NCBI GenBank assembly: GCA_964612895.1
Contig: CAZTFL010000001.1
Coordinates: forward strand, 588,708-612,707
From: Candidatus Woesearchaeota archaeon
GTDB lineage: Archaea > Nanobdellota > Nanobdellia > Pacearchaeales > GW2011-AR1
Length of the DNA: 24,000 bases
Reading direction: 5' to 3'
The notes below the pieces were generated by a model. It made no database searches, had not been told where the DNA came from, and saw nothing but the letters and a program-made list of their open reading frames with translations. Positions 23,126-24,000 of the stretch are shown in pieces (position 1 is the first letter of the stretch; each line of letters opens with the position of its first letter). Made by a program: the position numbers and the translations under genes.

Positions 23126-24000
23126 ATGAATTATATAATAATTTTTAGTATAATTATTAGTTTTTTGTTGTCAGTTATAATTTTACCTATTTGGATTAAA
23201 AAAGCCAAAAGTTTGGATATGACATGGGAAGATATGAATAAAGTTGGTCATCCTAAAAATGTCGCTTCTAGTGGTGGAATTGTCGTGCTTATTGCTTTTA
23301 TTTTGGGCGTTTTATCTTATCTTTTTATAAAAACATTTTTTTTAGATATGAGTTCTTACAATTCTGAGATTTTTGCATTATTGACAGTTCTACTTTTTTT
23401 GGGTTTGGTTGGATTGACTGATGATTTATTGGGATGGAAAAGAGGAGGACTTAATACAAAAATAAGAATTATTTTGGCTATTATCGCTTCTATTCCATTA
23501 GTTGTTTTAAATGTAGGCACACATAGCGTAACTCTTCCATTTATTGGTTCTGTTTATTTTGGGATTTTATATCCGATATTAGTTATTCCTTTAGCTATTG
23601 GTTTTGTTTCAACAACTTATAATTTTTTAGCTGGATTTAATGGATTGGAAGCTGGTATGGGAATTTTAATGATAAGTTTTTTGAGTTTTATTAGTTTTAT
23701 TACTGGTTCTTATTGGCTCAGTGTTATTGGACTTTGTATGGTAGCTTCTTTATGTGGTTTTTTAATTTTTAATAAATGCCCTGCAAAAGTTTTTCCTGGT
23801 GATATCTTAACATATTCAGTTGGTGCTTTAATGGTTTCTATGGCGATATTGGGAAATTTTGAAAAAATGTTATTAATTATTTATATTCCATATTTTATTG
23901 AAGTATTATTAAAATCTAGAGGAAAATTAAAAAAACATTCTTTTGGAAAAGTTAATAGCGATGGAAGTTTGTCTTTACCATATGATAAAATATATGGACT
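23126..24000 (+). CDS. aglH: Polyprenyl(dolichyl)-phosphate N-acetylhexosamine-1-phosphate transferase (MraY/WecA/Alg7 family, AglH-like); the 3' end lies outside the window; absent from the ORF track
   Basis: My own translation from ATG 23126 is open to the window end. It shows 'EDMNKVGHPKNVASSGG', 'GLTDDLLGW', 'YNFLAGFNGLEAGMG' (the archaeal/eukaryotic GPT signature) and 'FPGDILTYSVG'. Confidence 0.85.
   Translation, partial: MNYIIIFSIIISFLLSVIILPIWIKKAKSLDMTWEDMNKVGHPKNVASSGGIVVLIAFILGVLSYLFIKTFFLDMSSYNSEIFALLTVLLFLGLVGLTDDLLGWKRGGLNTKIRIILAIIASIPLVVLNVGTHSVTLPFIGSVYFGILYPILVIPLAIGFVSTTYNFLAGFNGLEAGMGILMISFLSFISFITGSYWLSVIGLCMVASLCGFLIFNKCPAKVFPGDILTYSVGALMVSMAILGNFEKMLLIIYIPYFIEVLLKSRGKLKKHSFGKVNSDGSLSLPYDKIYG

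Noticed and set aside
1-24000. Window-wide look for CRISPR arrays, IS elements or transposases, rRNA, integrases and alternative genetic code use
   Set aside because: I saw no regularly spaced repeats, terminal inverted repeats or transposase- or integrase-like ORFs. All recognisable genes read through intact with the standard code and end at TAA, TAG or TGA.

Overview
This window is strongly AT-rich and very gene-dense, and its marker genes are archaeal. The markers are: an archaeal-type single-TM SecE directly downstream of ftsZ, secF-secD gene order, a DUF106/Oxa1-like insertase, an STT3/AglB oligosaccharyltransferase with WWDYG, an archaeal/eukaryotic-type GlcNAc-1-P transferase (NFLAGFNGLEAG), and two intron-less tRNAs without encoded CCA. 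The composition, tiny intergenic spacers, ATGA-coupled operons and overlapping convergent genes suggest a reduced-genome (DPANN-like) archaeon; this is inference only.

Content falls into three groups.
(1) Housekeeping genes: a leuS 3' part, secF/secD, an FKBP PPIase, ftsZ, secE, a YidC-like DUF106 protein, an eIF-2B-family isomerase, a SpoIIM-like membrane protein, tRNA-Gly(UCC) and tRNA-Arg(CCU).
(2) A dispersed protein-glycosylation gene set:
- aglB
- two GT2 glycosyltransferases
- an FkbM methyltransferase translationally coupled to a GT10 alpha-1,3-fucosyltransferase-like gene
- a second SAM methyltransferase
- an unusual nucleotidyltransferase-GHMP kinase fusion, divergent from a KpsF-like SIS isomerase
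- a Wzx-type flippase
- an aglH-like initiating transferase
(3) Orphan secreted or membrane proteins: a mini beta-helix protein, a 522-aa Cys-rich protein whose true N-terminus cannot be resolved in one frame, and a lipobox-like protein.

The most interesting candidates are the kinase/nucleotidyltransferase fusion with its fucosyltransferase context, and the orphan surface-protein pair next to tRNA-Arg. I found no CRISPR array, IS element or rRNA. All functional calls rest on motif recognition by eye; no searches were run.
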